Source: Eledone cirrhosa
Lineage: Eukaryota
Reading direction: 5' to 3'
DNA length: 64,000 nucleotides
NCBI GenBank assembly: GCA_964016885.1
Contig: OZ024760.1
Span: 24,800,001-24,864,000, forward strand
Shown: positions 48,062-63,351 of the stretch, piece after piece
Numbering within the stretch: the first letter of the stretch is position 1
How the letters are laid out: the number at the start of each line of letters is the position of its first letter
Made by a program: the position numbers and the translations under genes
The notes under the pieces: generated by a model
Told to the model about the DNA's origin: nothing
Database searches by the model: none
What the model saw: only the letters and a program-made list of their open reading frames with translations

Positions 48062-48760
48062 TGTGGAGGCACACATCCTAGTGGTAGGGGTGCGGGATTT
48101 CAGTTTATAGCATCGTGGGTTTGATTCCTGGCTTGCGTGTATGTATGTGTAACTGATTGTATATATGTATGTATTATATAGTTAAGCATGTGTAACTGTA
48201 TATATATATATGTGGTCATATGGTCTTTATTCTCTCTCGTCTCCGATTTCACAGAACTTATATTCATCGATTTCAGGGACTTGACTCCTTCTTCTTCCCG
48301 TTTGACCTCTGCGAAATTCTTTCCTTACTCACATTTCGACCAGGTTTGAGTGTCTTTATTCTCTCTCGTCCACGATTTCACAGAACTTATGTTCATCGAT
48401 TTCAGGGACTTGACTCCTTCTTCCTCACTTTTCGTTGCATTACCATCTTTGATTGTTTACTGTCTCGCTCGTTCCTCTTATTTACGTGTCCCAACGACTT
48501 TCTTTAGCCGTTGCTCGCACCAACCGGAGGTATATATATATTTGTGTTTGTGTGTATGTATTTTTGTATTATGTATTGAGCAAAACACTTCATTTCAAGT
48601 TGCTCCAGTATACTCAGCTGAAAATGAGTACCAGCAATAGCTGGGGGTTTAACCCTGCGATGGACTGGCGTCCTGACCTGGGAGGAGCCATCTACTCTCA
48701 GTCGCTTCACGTCATGAAACCGGTATAAGCACCGGCCAAATGAGCTTTCTGACTTAAGAC
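48062..48760 (+). mobile_element. tRNA-headed SINE with V-domain-like body, split by an insertion at ~48136-48573
   Basis: Head tagtggtagg..ggtttgattcc; body ttgagcaaaacactt..gttgctccag..ccctgcgatggactggcgtcc. Confidence 0.6.
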
Positions 48761-48784
48761 AGACTTTACAGCATTTATATATAA

Positions 48785-48972
48785 TAATTGTTTCTACTTC
48801 TGGCACAAGGCCAGCAATTACCCAGTGTATTACTGGTACTTTATTTTATCGACCCCGTAAGTATAAAAGGCAAAATTAACCTCGGCGGGATTTGAACTCA
48901 AAATGGCAAGGACCGTAAGTCTATGCGTCAAAGCATGGCGTCCGAGCCTCTACCGATACTGCCAATCCACCC
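48785..48972 (-). mobile_element. SINE family 1
   Basis: Nearly identical to 25970-26157. Confidence 0.9.
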
Positions 48973-49151
48973 ATCTCTGGCAATAACAATCCTAAGTAGC
49001 TTGGACAAGCATTCGATAAGATGATATCGACAATTCGATAAATTAAATTTTAGAGTAGTAAATATACGTCAAATGTGTGACAAATTGAAAATTGTCGCTA
49101 GGTAAAGAAATCCACAACAATCACTACAACAACGAAAATACAAACAGTTTG

Positions 49152-49224
<73 letters not shown>

Positions 49225-49321
49225 GGGGTAGAACACTGGAAGGTAATATCCATAGTGGTAGAGCACTCAGTCCATGGGACGAGTTAGGTAGGAGTGGTAT
49301 CACAACAGTTAGTTCACCATA

Positions 49322-49361
49322 CCGAGTACAATTGTTTCACCTTAGCGGATCTTCAGCTCGA
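49322..49361 (-). ncRNA. Minimal type I HHR in a 155 bp island (49226-49380) within (TA)n
   Basis: TCGAG-CTGAAGA-TCCgctaaGGT-GAAA-C-AATT-G-TA-CTCGG. Confidence 0.8.
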
Positions 49362-49379
49362 ACTGGTCATGGTTATACG

Positions 49380-49486
<107 letters not shown>

Positions 49487-49487
49487 C

Positions 49488-49553
<66 letters not shown>

Positions 49554-49570
49554 AACAATACTATATAATT

Positions 49571-49640
49571 ACCTCATTACCAGAGGTTTCTCGAATAAGA
49601 CGAATACGAAAAATGTCCTCATTCGTTCATCGGAGAAGGC
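49571..49640 (-). ncRNA. Variant type I HHR (CCGATGA)
   Basis: gccttct-CCGATGA-ACGAATGAGGAC..GTCTTATTCGA-GAAA-CCtctGG-TA-atgaggt. Confidence 0.7.
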
Positions 49641-49699
49641 AATTAATTGTCGTGTTGTTTCAACCATAATTTAATGCCATTCCAATGGCTGGGCGAGCA

Positions 49700-49852
49700 G
49701 GCCGGTACTCATTTCTACAGCTGAGTAAACTGGAGCAACGTCAAATAAAGTGTCTTGCTCAAGGAAACGACACATCACCCGGTGCGTGAATTAAACTCGC
49801 AGCCTTTCGATTGCAAGCCCAATGCTTTAACCACTAAGCCATGCACCTTCAC
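49700..49852 (-). mobile_element. SINE family 2
   Basis: ggagcaacgtcaaataaagtgtcttgctcaagga..accactaagccatgcaccttcac. Confidence 0.8.
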
Positions 49853-49854
49853 CC

Positions 49855-49916
<62 letters not shown>

Positions 49917-49919
49917 CTA

Positions 49920-50004
<85 letters not shown>

Positions 50005-50027
50005 ATATATATCTATATCTATATATG

Positions 50028-50258
<231 letters not shown>

Positions 50259-50689
50259 ATGTATACGCATAAGTATATGTATATATACCATTCCTTGTAT
50301 ACATACCCCCAAAACACCATGAACAGGAAAATAAGTGATTTCATAATTGGGTTTAATTCCGTCGTGAGTCCAAGTTAATCTCTGCAGTGTGTTGAACAAG
50401 CGATAAGGTGTTAACACTCTTTTAAACAGCAGACACAACCAATGTATAGACAGTTTTTCATAGGTTGCTGTACATATATATGAATGAAATGAAATAGAAA
50501 AGCAAAAATATAAAGTCATAAACAATTGGAAAGTTGATAAACAACGTTATATTTGTTATATTTTAGAGAATACGAACTGCACAAGATTAAATTGGCTAAC
50601 GTACATTTTAAATATTTGCTTAACCGATCATATTATAGCACAAAATATAGACACCACGCAGACTCTCGCCGACAAATACACACACAGAC

Positions 50690-50784
<95 letters not shown>

Positions 50785-50805
50785 CACATTGATATTGAAT
50801 GTTTG

Positions 50806-50850
<45 letters not shown>

Positions 50851-50861
50851 ATACATATATA

Positions 50862-50893
<32 letters not shown>

Positions 50894-51159
50894 AATATAT
50901 ATATATATAAATATATACATGTATAAATATATATACATATATAAATATATATATATATACATATATAAATATATATATACATATATAAATATAAATATAT
51001 ATTTATACATATATAAATATAAATATATATATATACATATATAAATATAAATATATATATATATACATATATAAATATATATATATATACACATATAAAA
51101 AAAAAAAATATATATATATATATATATAAAAATATATATATATATATAAAAATATATAT

Positions 51160-51262
<103 letters not shown>

Positions 51263-51278
51263 GATATATATATATATA

Positions 51279-51318
<40 letters not shown>

Positions 51319-51421
51319 TATATATATGTATAGGATATATATATATATATTTATAGGATATATATATATATTATTTATATATATAAATATACATATGTAA
51401 AAACACACAGATATACATACG

Positions 51422-51456
<35 letters not shown>

Positions 51457-51832
51457 GTGGAGGGGGGGGGGGGCGGATGTATGTATCTGCTTGTATGTTT
51501 ATTTCTTTAAGCTGTCTCTGGCAAAACTAGTTAACGAATCGATGTATTTATTTATATGTTTATGTGTGGATGTTTATATTGTATTGTTATACAAACACAC
51601 ACACATAAACACACACACATACACACATACACACACACATCTATATATATTTACATACGTATGTAGACGTAGATTTGTCACTTGTCTGTTGTAATTCCCT
51701 AACAGGTTAAATTAAATTGTCTCTCCGACTTTTCAGTTTTGCCTTTAAATAACCTTGTTCCTGAAAAAAAATGAATGTAACCTAATTAGACAAACATAAT
51801 ATGATTTGAGACACAAACATATACACAGAGAC

Positions 51833-51885
<53 letters not shown>

Positions 51886-52164
51886 GAGGTAGGGGGGTTG
51901 GGTAGGAAGATAAATTAAGACACGTAAACACTCATACTCAGGCATATAAACATATACACACACACATACATAGAGCGAGCGAAAGAGACAGATAGAGATA
52001 TAGTAAGACCCATAAACATACACACAGACACACACATACACACACACAACTAGAGAGAGGGAGAGAGAGAAATAGAGAAAGAGAGACGTAGACAGACACA
52101 CATACACATATCCACTCACATACACAGATCGATGCAAGTATCATTATTATTAAAAACTGCCCTT

Positions 52165-52288
52165 GCCATTCTGAGTTCAAATCCCGCCGAGGTTGACTTT
52201 GCATTTCATCCTTACTGGGTCGATAAAATAAAGTACCAGTAATACACTGATAATTGCTGGCCTTGTGCCAAAAGTAGAAACAATTATT
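52165..52288 (+). mobile_element. SINE family 1 (5'-truncated)
   Basis: gagttcaaatcccgccgagg core and tail. Confidence 0.85.
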
Positions 52289-52379
52289 ATTAAAAACTGA
52301 GGTTTATAGTAACTCATATATCTGCTTCACGTTTCCGATTCATCAAAAGATTAAAGTTTCGAAGAAGAGTGACAGTATA

Positions 52380-52432
52380 TACCGTATTTACTGGCCTATT
52401 AGATGTCCTACATATAAGACGCACCCTTGTTT
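52380..52432 (+). mobile_element. Terminus of pogo/Tigger-like DNA transposon or MITE
   Basis: TA-ccgtatttactggcctattagatg..tataagacgcacc resembles pogo-type TIR ends; no partner end seen. Confidence 0.5.
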
Positions 52433-52562
52433 TACAAAGACATTTTGAGAAGAAAGAAAACCATTTTTAGTACATTTATTCATAATTTCATTTTAAATTA
52501 TTTCAGTTTTTTTAAGGAACTCATATATAAGTTCGGCATAATCTGTATCGTATTATTGTATT

Positions 52563-53025
52563 AGTTCAAATCCCACCGAGGTTAACTTTGCCTTTCATCC
52601 TTACGGGGACGATAAAATAAAGTACCAGTAATGTACTGGGTATTTGCTGGCATTGTGCCAAAAGTAGAAACAATTATCGTATTAGTAATAAATAACGTTT
52701 TTACTTTTGACAAATGACCAGCAACTACCCCAGTGTATTACTGGTAATTTGTTTTATGAACCCCGTAAGGATGAAAGGCGAAGTTAACATGGGCGGGATT
52801 TTTACTCAGAACGTAAAGGGCCATAACACTATGTCAGTCGCTTTACCGATAATTGTTTCTACTTTTAGCACAAGGCCAGCAATGCATTACTGGTAATTTA
52901 TTTTATCGACCCCGTAAGGATGAAAGGCAAAGTTAACCTCGACGGGATTTGAACTCAGACCGTAAAGGGACCTAACTATGCTGCAAAGCATGGCGTCCGA
53001 CCCTCTTCCGATCCTGCCAATTCAC
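52563..53025. mobile_element. SINE family 1 cluster (52563-52678 plus; 52696-53025 two minus copies)
   Basis: Core motifs in opposite orientations, tail to tail. Confidence 0.85.
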
Positions 53026-53112
53026 CTTTACCGATAATACCGAGTAATAATATATATCGGTTTTGCTATTGTTTGCTGCTTGTCTTAGATTTATATTGTT
53101 TTTGATGTCGTC

Positions 53113-53178
<66 letters not shown>

Positions 53179-53355
53179 ATAGTAGTAGTAGTAGTAGCAG
53201 CATCAGTAGCATCAGCAGTAATAGTAGTAGTAGTAGCTGTAGTAGCGGCAGTAGAAGCAGAAGTAGTTGTAGTAGTAGTAATAGCAGTAGAAGTAGTAGT
53301 AGTAGTAATATTAATATTAATATTATTAGTCGTAGTAGTAGTAGTAGTAGTAGTA
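53113..53355. repeat. (AGT)n
   Basis: Direct reading. Confidence 0.95.
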
Positions 53356-53647
53356 CAACAATTACTACTAGTAGCTCTTTTTGTTGCTATTGCTGCTTAT
53401 TTTATTCCTTAATTTATCAAACAATTCCCCAAACATTTCTAACTATAATTCAAATAAAAATGTCTGCCAGTCCTCCATCTTAATTTATCAAGAGAACTAC
53501 TTCCGTTCCGTTTGACAGTTTCCATTGATGTATCGGTATATCTCGTTCACAACAAATATTTATTTGAATATTGCCTCTATGTGTCGCAATAACAATTTAC
53601 ACGCCTCTATTCATATGACAATACGTGTGCTAGTATATATATTTATG

Positions 53648-53750
<103 letters not shown>

Positions 53751-54000
53751 TTATGTATGCATATATATTTATGTATGTATATATATTTATGTATGTATAT
53801 ATATTTATGTATGTATATATATATATATATATATATACATATATATGTATATATATTTATGTATGTATATATATTTATGTATGTATATATATTTATGTAT
53901 GTATATATATATATCTATATATCTATATATATCACACACACATATATTTATATGTATGTATATATAAATGTATATACACATACATACATAGTATATATAT

Positions 54001-54051
<51 letters not shown>

Positions 54052-54109
54052 GACATATATGTGTGTGTATGTTTAGTGACATATATGATATATAGACATC
54101 ATATATAAA

Positions 54110-54204
<95 letters not shown>

Positions 54205-54802
54205 GTGTGTGTGTGTGTGTGTATTTGTGAGTGTGTGTTTATTTTGATATAAGCACATACAAGGTTCAATCGTAGATAATTTATATGTATATATATCTAT
54301 ATATGTATATATAAATGTATATACACATACATACATAGTATATATATGTTTATATATATACATACACATATATGTGTGTGGTGTAACTTTAGTGACATAT
54401 ATGATATATAGACATCATATATAAATAATTATATAAATATATATATATATGTGTCTGTGTATGTGTGTGTTTGTGTATGTGTGTGTGTATGCGTGTGTGT
54501 ATTTGTGAGTGTGTGTTCATTTTGATATAAGCACATACAAGGTTCAATCGTAGATAATTTGGTTATACTTGAAGAGTCTTGGAAATCGTATACCAGTCGA
54601 AAATCCCTTCTAATTCAACATGTACACGTCTTCTCATTTCTCTCCGCCGGGGCCCAGGGGTGCTCAGCACGTGGGACCCCACTTTATCATATTACAGTGA
54701 TAGATATGAGGAGGGCGAGAGAGATCGCGGCGATGACAATGGGAGTTCTGCTCTTTGCTGATGGGACACATTTATCAATTCCATGTTGCTGTTTGTATAA
54801 TT

Positions 54803-54990
54803 AATTGTTTCTACTTTTGGCACAATGCCAGCAAATTACCCAGTACATTACTGGTACTTTATGTTATCGACCCCCGTAAGGTTGTAATGCAAAGTTAACC
54901 TCGAGGGGATTTGAACTCAGAGCGTAAAGAGACATAACTATACTAGAAAGCATGACATCTAACCCTCTACCGATTCTGCCAATTCACCGC
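54803..54990 (-). mobile_element. SINE family 1
   Basis: Core and head motifs. Confidence 0.85.
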
Positions 54991-55403
54991 CATATTTGTA
55001 TAATTAATATGACTGTTATGTAGAGAATTGCTCAAGTCGAATCCTGTCATTGAAAATATTTCAATGTTTTCCAATTCAACATTTGCAGTTATTCGACATC
55101 AGAACAACAAAGTATTAATAGATAAATTATAACGAAAACTCAACTCACTGAATTTAACAGAAGTATGACATGTGATTCAATCCATAGTCAAACTGGCGTT
55201 GCGTCCCTTTGCTCAATCATTGCAGTTATTCGACCTCAGAAGAACAACGTATTATGTACAGAAATTATGTAGATAAAGGCAAAATCAAAACAAAACTCAC
55301 TGAGTTTAACATACGTACGGTATTTGGTTACACCCATATTCAAACTTGGGTTGCGTCCCTTAGCATAACAACATAGAATATAAGGGACACACGGCAACGC
55401 GTG

Positions 55404-55457
<54 letters not shown>

Positions 55458-55588
55458 CAGGCCATGCAGCTATACGTTCAAAACGTACTCAACACTTATA
55501 CTAGGTAAAGCAAATCTTTCAAAAGCTACTCATAGTAAAACCGGTTAGTAACAAAACTAATGAGACAATCAGGGCAACTGCTAAGCCT

Positions 55589-55651
<63 letters not shown>

Positions 55652-55681
55652 ACATATATATATATACACAACATGTATACA

Positions 55682-55712
<31 letters not shown>

Positions 55713-55753
55713 CAACATAGATAGCAATCAAATTTTGTTTAAGGCATTTAATT

Positions 55754-55798
55754 GTTTACGATCATTTCTTCCAGACTTATGTCTGGAATCATCGGAGC
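55754..55798 (-). ncRNA. Variant HHR (CCGATGA) in a pLTR remnant related to 35480-35650
   Basis: gct-CCGATGA-TTCCAGACataaGTCTGGAA-GAAA-T-GATC-G-TA-aac; flank ttagaacatt..ttagtgtca shared with the PLE pLTR. Confidence 0.65.
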
Positions 55799-56000
55799 GT
55801 ATAAAATGTTAAAACAATTAAATACCTAAGAATTAGAACATTCCACGGGATACATTATATGTGCGAAGACTAATTAAAATTGTTAGTGTCATTGGCAATG
55901 TATGATATATTCGCACAAACCAATATGTTTTGTTGTGTACAGTAATTTTGAATGTATATAGAAAAAAGTACATCTTCACATCTTTATTATTATTTTCCAT

Positions 56001-56055
<55 letters not shown>

Positions 56056-56111
56056 AATATATATATATATATATATATATATGTTAATATATATATATAT
56101 ATATGTTTATG

Positions 56112-56169
<58 letters not shown>

Positions 56170-56413
56170 TATATATATGTGTGTATATGTCTGTTATTTG
56201 CATATCCAAAGTGTTGTATATTCATTCCGTTAATATATTGATATAATTGGTAGTAAATGCACTTAAACATTCTCATGAATTGACTCAGGAATAAATATAT
56301 ATGTAATATTTCGATATAGATAGGAACACCAACACTTCCACGCTCACACGCACACATACCACACACACACGTATACATATATATACGTATGTATGTATAT
56401 ATATATATATATG

Positions 56414-56471
<58 letters not shown>

Positions 56472-56581
56472 TATATATATATATGACGTTATAATCACTT
56501 ATATATTATGAAATACTGTTCACTTCTCGCTCACGTTAATTTCTCTATTTTCATTTATATATATATACATACATATACACG

Positions 56582-56632
<51 letters not shown>

Positions 56633-57297
56633 ATGTGTGTGTCATATATAAATCTTTTGGACGTCAGGACAATGTTTTTGCTGTGAGAACATCGTCCATC
56701 GTTTCCCCTTTGTATGATCAGTGACACAGTGATGTTTCTATACATAAATTATTCATATATCTTTCTTGCTATTCTCATGTTGTCCTTGCTATTCTATTAG
56801 TTATTCATGATATCTCATGTTATCCTCCATTCATATATTCTATTATATATTATATCCTCCTACGATATGATAATTCGACTTGTTTAGTATCAATGTAATA
56901 TATCAATATATATATATTTTTTGTGTTTTTGTTTTATTATATAAACACAGATATACTGGATATTGAATGTGTAACTTACATGTACATATATAAATATATT
57001 TGTAGGTATGTATATATATTTATATATATGTATTTATATATATATATTTATATGTATAATTATATGTATATATATATATATATTTATAAGTATATTTATA
57101 TAGCACCATATATATATATATATGTATGTGTGTGTATGCATGTGTGTGTGTGTGTATGTCTGTGTGTGTGTGGGTGTAATTTATAAACAAATTCACGCAA
57201 GTTCTTAGATGTATTGTCACCGAGGAGAAAACGAATCCTTTTTACTTCTGTAGGAAGTTTTATTCGGGTGGGTCTTCATTTACACACACTCACACAT

Positions 57298-57430
<133 letters not shown>

Positions 57431-57573
57431 CACACACATATATATATACATATATATAAATATATATACACATATATATATATATGTGTATATATATCTA
57501 TATATATGTATATATATACACATTTATATATATGTAAATATATACATATATATATATATATGTATATATATAT

Positions 57574-57679
<106 letters not shown>

Positions 57680-57738
57680 GTGTATATATATACATATATC
57701 TATATATATATATGTGTATATATATACATATATCTATC

Positions 57739-57771
<33 letters not shown>

Positions 57772-57785
57772 TTACATATATATAC

Positions 57786-57816
<31 letters not shown>

Positions 57817-57996
57817 CACATATATATATATGTGTATATATATTTATATATATGTTTATATATATATGTGTGTATATATATATATATATATTTATATATA
57901 TGTATATGTATGTATGTTCACACACTTGTATATAGAAAAATAAGGATATATGGATGGAAAAATCGATAGGGAGGTTACTTAGATAGATACACAGGA

Positions 57997-58031
<35 letters not shown>

Positions 58032-58035
58032 GAGA

Positions 58036-58072
<37 letters not shown>

Positions 58073-58529
58073 AGTTAGATAGATAGATCGGTCGATAGAT
58101 AGATAGATAGATATATAGATAGATACATAGATAGAAAGATGTACAGGGAGAGATAGAGAGAAAGCGAGCGAGATGGAGTGAGAAATAGAGAGAAAAAGAG
58201 GGATAAATCGAGAGGGAGAGGGAAAGAGAAAAAAAGTGAAAGAATGAAAGAGAAAGAAGGAAAGAAAATGAGAGAGAGAGAGAGGGGGAGAGAAGGGGAA
58301 AGAAATGGGAAGGGGTGAGGCAGAGTTAAAGAGAAAAAACCCCTAAGAAAAGAAAATTCCTAGAATTTATGTTTAAGAAAGGAAGCTGTCGTAGGAGAAA
58401 GATAAGCAGTGTTTTGGTGGACAGGAATAGAAGAGTTCTGTTGAATTGTAAATATATTTGGTGTCATATAGGAAGGCTTTCATATTCACAGAAGTGGAAA
58501 TATGGGAGGTCTTTCTTGTCATGGGCATT

Positions 58530-58879
58530 GATGTGTTGTTGTTGTTGGTGGTGGTGCTGGTGCTGGGGGTGTTGTTGTTATTGGTGGTGTTGGTGGTTGT
58601 GTTGTTGTTGGTGCTGGCTGTTGTGTTGTTGTTGTTGGTGTTGGAGGTTGTGTTGGTGTTGGTGTTGTTGGTGCTTGTGTTGGTGGTGTTGTTGTATTGT
58701 TGTTGGTGGTGGCGGTGGTATTGCCCTTGTTGTGGTTGGTGTTGTTGTTGGTGGTGGTGGTGGTGGTATTGTTGTTGTTGGTGGTGGTGTTGGTGGTGTT
58801 GGAGGTGTTGTTGTTGTATTGTTGTTGGTGGTGGCGGTGGTATTGCCCTTGTTGTGGTTGGTGTTGTTGTTGGTGGTGG

Positions 58880-58911
<32 letters not shown>

Positions 58912-59690
58912 TTGTTGTTGTTGTTGGTGGTGATGTTGGAGGTGTTGTTGTTGTGTTGTTGTTGGTGGTGGCGGTGGTATTGCCTTTGTTGTTGTTGGTA
59001 TTGTTGTTGGTGTTGGTGGTGGTGGTGGTGTTAGTGGTGGTGGTGGTGTTGGTGGTGTTGGTGGTGTTGGGGGTGGTGTCGTTGGTGTCGTTGTTGTTGG
59101 TTGAAGTAGTGTTGTTGTTGGTGGTGGTGTAGCTCTCCTTGTTGTTGTTGGTGCTCTTGGTGTTGTTGTTGTTGTTTGTGTTGTTGCTATTGTCGATGTT
59201 GCTGTTGTTGTTGCTCTTCTTGTTGCAGTTGTCATTGTGCAGTTGCAGTTGTCATTGTGCAGTTGCAGTAGTTATTTTTGTTGCAGTTGCAGCAGATGTT
59301 GTTGTGCCCTTGTAACAGTTGCAGAAGCTGTGGTTGTGAAGATGCAGCAGTTGTTGTTGTCAGTTGCAGTAGGTGTTAATGTGCAGTTGCATCAGCTGTT
59401 GTTGTTGCAGTTTCAGCAGATGTTGTGCAGTTTCAGCATATGTTGTTGTGCAGTTGCAACAGTTGCAGAAGCTGTGGTTGTGCAGTTGCAGCAGTTGTTA
59501 TTGTCAGTTGCATCAGTTGTTAATGTGCAGTTGCATCAGCTGTTGTTGTTGCAGTTTCAGCATATGTGCACTTTCAGCAGTTGTTGTTGTGCAGTAGCAG
59601 CAGATATTGTTGTGTAGTTGTAACATTTGCAGCAGTTGTTGTTGTGTAGTTGCAGCAGCTGTTGTTGTCAGTTGCTGTAGTTTGTGTATG
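58530..59690. repeat. (GGT/GTT)n followed by (GCAGTT)n degenerate repeats
   Basis: Direct reading. Confidence 0.95.
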
Positions 59691-60085
59691 TCATAGTTGT
59701 CTTTATTGTTGTTGTTGGTGTTAATAAGAGTCCTGCGCATGATTTTCCATGGTTAATCGGAAATGCTGGCATATTTCTTCACAATTCTACTCTAACATCG
59801 TAAAAGAAACTGGATGTTCCGTATAAGGAATTAGAATATATAGGGTTTAATGATTTTATACATGGCCCTTAAAAGAACCTTGATGGAGCAGATGTATGAT
59901 GAAAATACTTTGACCTTCTCTGACAGATTATATTAAATAGCTAAGAATATTTAATCCAATGAGTCCTTCCATTTAGATATACAATGTTACATACAAATAT
60001 GGCGTCTTATCTATTTAATGTGGCTATGTAATATGGAGGTTTCAGGCTTCAGGATGTAGCTTAGATATGTCAATACAAGTTTACG

Positions 60086-60161
<76 letters not shown>

Positions 60162-60426
60162 TATGTATATATATGTATATATGTATATGTATATGTATAT
60201 ATATGTATATATGTATATGTACATATATGTATATATGTATATGAATATGTATATATACGTATATATATGTATATATATATGTATATATAAATATATATAT
60301 ATATGTATATATATACCTACATATATATATATATATGTATATATATACCTACATATATATATATATATACATATGAATATGTATATATGCGTATATATAT
60401 ATATACATATGAATATGTATATATAC

Positions 60427-60465
<39 letters not shown>

Positions 60466-60659
60466 TATATATACCTACATATATATATACATATGAATAT
60501 GTATATATACGTATATATATATAGATATGAATATTTATATACACGTATATATATATATATATGAATATGTATATATACGTATATATATATATATGTATAT
60601 ATATATACCTACATATATATATATATATATATATATACATATGAATATGTATATATACG

Positions 60660-60800
<141 letters not shown>

Positions 60801-60842
60801 GTATATATATATTTTGATTTTAGTCTTCAAATTTATTATTAT

Positions 60843-60844
<2 letters not shown>

Positions 60845-60891
<47 letters not shown>

Positions 60892-60926
60892 ATATGTATA
60901 TATGTATGTGAATATGTATATATACG

Positions 60927-60959
<33 letters not shown>

Positions 60960-61109
60960 ATACATATGCACATAGACATAGACATATATACATAAATATA
61001 AATACATATATATATAAATGTGTGTGTGTATAGATATATACATGTGTAGCTATATGTACATAAATATGTATACATCTATCTATATATACACACATACACA
61101 CATATATAT

Positions 61110-61185
<76 letters not shown>

Positions 61186-61220
61186 ATATGTATAAATGTA
61201 TGTGAATATGTATATATACG

Positions 61221-61253
<33 letters not shown>

Positions 61254-61403
61254 ATACATATGCACATAGACATAGACATATATACATAAATATAAATATA
61301 TATATATATAAATGTGTGTGTGTATAGATATATACATGTGTAGCTATATGTACATAAATATGTATACATCTATCTATATATACACACATACACACATATA
61401 TAT

Positions 61404-61480
<77 letters not shown>
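60845..61480. repeat. ~290 bp tandem duplication of a compound microsatellite
   Basis: catatgcacatagacatagac..gtgtagctatatgtac at ~60963 and ~61257. Confidence 0.85.
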
Positions 61481-62137
61481 CATATACATATATATGTATA
61501 TATAGATGTAAATATATGTGTTTGCTGAGCATATATATATATATATCGGTGTGTGTGTATCACTGACGATAGAAAATGAATCATTGGTAGTAGTTACACA
61601 CGACTCTTCATATGATACATAAGTTTACTAGTGTGTAACACTGGCTTTTTAAGCCAACAATAAACTTACAGACTTTTCTACATAAGTACATGTTGCGTAA
61701 TCTACTATCGTAAACATACACAAACAACTCATACATATATACATACATACACACACATACACACATACGCATACTCACATACACACACACATACACACAT
61801 ACATATACACACTCATACAGACACATATACATACATACACACATACATACTTACATGCACACACATACTCACATACACACATACATTTATACACACATAC
61901 ATACACACATACATCCATCCATACATACATACACACACATACATACATACATGCATACATACATACATGCATACACATACACATTCATGCGTACACATAC
62001 ACACATACATACGTACACACACACATACATACATACATACAAACACAGACATACATACATACACACACATACACACACACACGTACATACATACACACAT
62101 ACATGCATACCTACCTACCTACCTACATACATACATA

Positions 62138-62755
62138 CATGGTGACTGCCAACTTGTTTTCGAGTACGGCTACTACTTTATACCCATGTAGGAGAACCCC
62201 TACCGATACGCTGAACGAGTGTGACTTTTTAGTCCAGCCAGCGACTTGAAAACTCTGGTACAAACACTACACTTGTGACAATTATTGACACATAGTGCTG
62301 GGCCCATGGTCCCATGTAACGACAAGTGCAGATAGATATCCAGATATAAAGCAATGCCTGTGCCGTGAAGCTTTTATAGTGAGCAAAGGCACTGCACAAA
62401 GCCAGTCTCACTCTCTTAACCAAGATGATATTTACCAAAATGAAGAACATGTCAACATCATTGACTACCATCAGGGTTGCAGGTGTTATATCAGAGTTTT
62501 CCTTCTCCTAGAATTCTGCCTTGACAAAGGCTAAGGGGACATCTCTCTCGGTGATTTTGGATGGCCATTGATTCTTAAGAGCTCCTTTGCCCTTTGACAG
62601 GTTTTGCTTTTAGTCCTGCAGGATGTCCAAAGTCACCCTCCTCACCAAGAAAACTTGGTGGGGTTGCCAGTTTAGTCGCCAACGACCCGACCATGAGACA
62701 GGTTGTACGGGGATACATGTTACCAGTAGCACCAACTGGTGACCTGACATTCAAA
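62138..62755 (-). mobile_element. Longest copy (~615 bp) of the bipartite RTE-derived element
   Basis: Colinear with 5344-5901 and extends ~55 bp further 5'; ctaggagaaggaaaactctgat motif. Confidence 0.8.
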
Positions 62756-62909
62756 CATACACACCCTCATACATATACACACATATACAGAGGAAAAATG
62801 TTGGCAACCATCTTGGGGCATGTTTATGAGCATGAAGTCTCTCTCTCTCTGTCTCTCTGTTTTTGTTTCTCTCTCGCTCTCTCTCTATGTCTCTGTCTGT
62901 CTGTCTCTC

Positions 62910-62942
<33 letters not shown>

Positions 62943-63351
62943 GTTTCTCTGCTTCTCTCTCAGTCTATCTTCCTCTGTCTGCCTGCCTGTCAATATATCC
63001 ATCTCTCTCACATCATCTCTGTTCAGGACAACGATAAGCCATGTTGCTCAACACATTATATTCTAATACAGTGTAAACAGATCTCACGTGAACACAGTAG
63101 TAACATCGTGCAGACAAACGGCTTATTAATCAATTAAGAAAATTATTTCGATTTAAAGAATTTCAGAGGTCTAGGAATGTTGGCAAATGGCGTCTGCTAA
63201 TGCATAAAAAAGTATTGTTACAAAGATATGAAGAATAATTGACGTAATTAAAAGACTTTTAACAAAACAAAATGAAGAAAAATCAAGGCCGTTTCCTAAT
63301 GATTTCTCCACAGAAAATCAAATAAACACGTCTGCTCAGTAGAATATCATT

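Noticed and set aside
58369-59617. Cys/Trp-, Val/Leu- and Gln-rich ORFs
   Set aside because: Products of (GGT/GTT)n and (GCAGTT)n repeats
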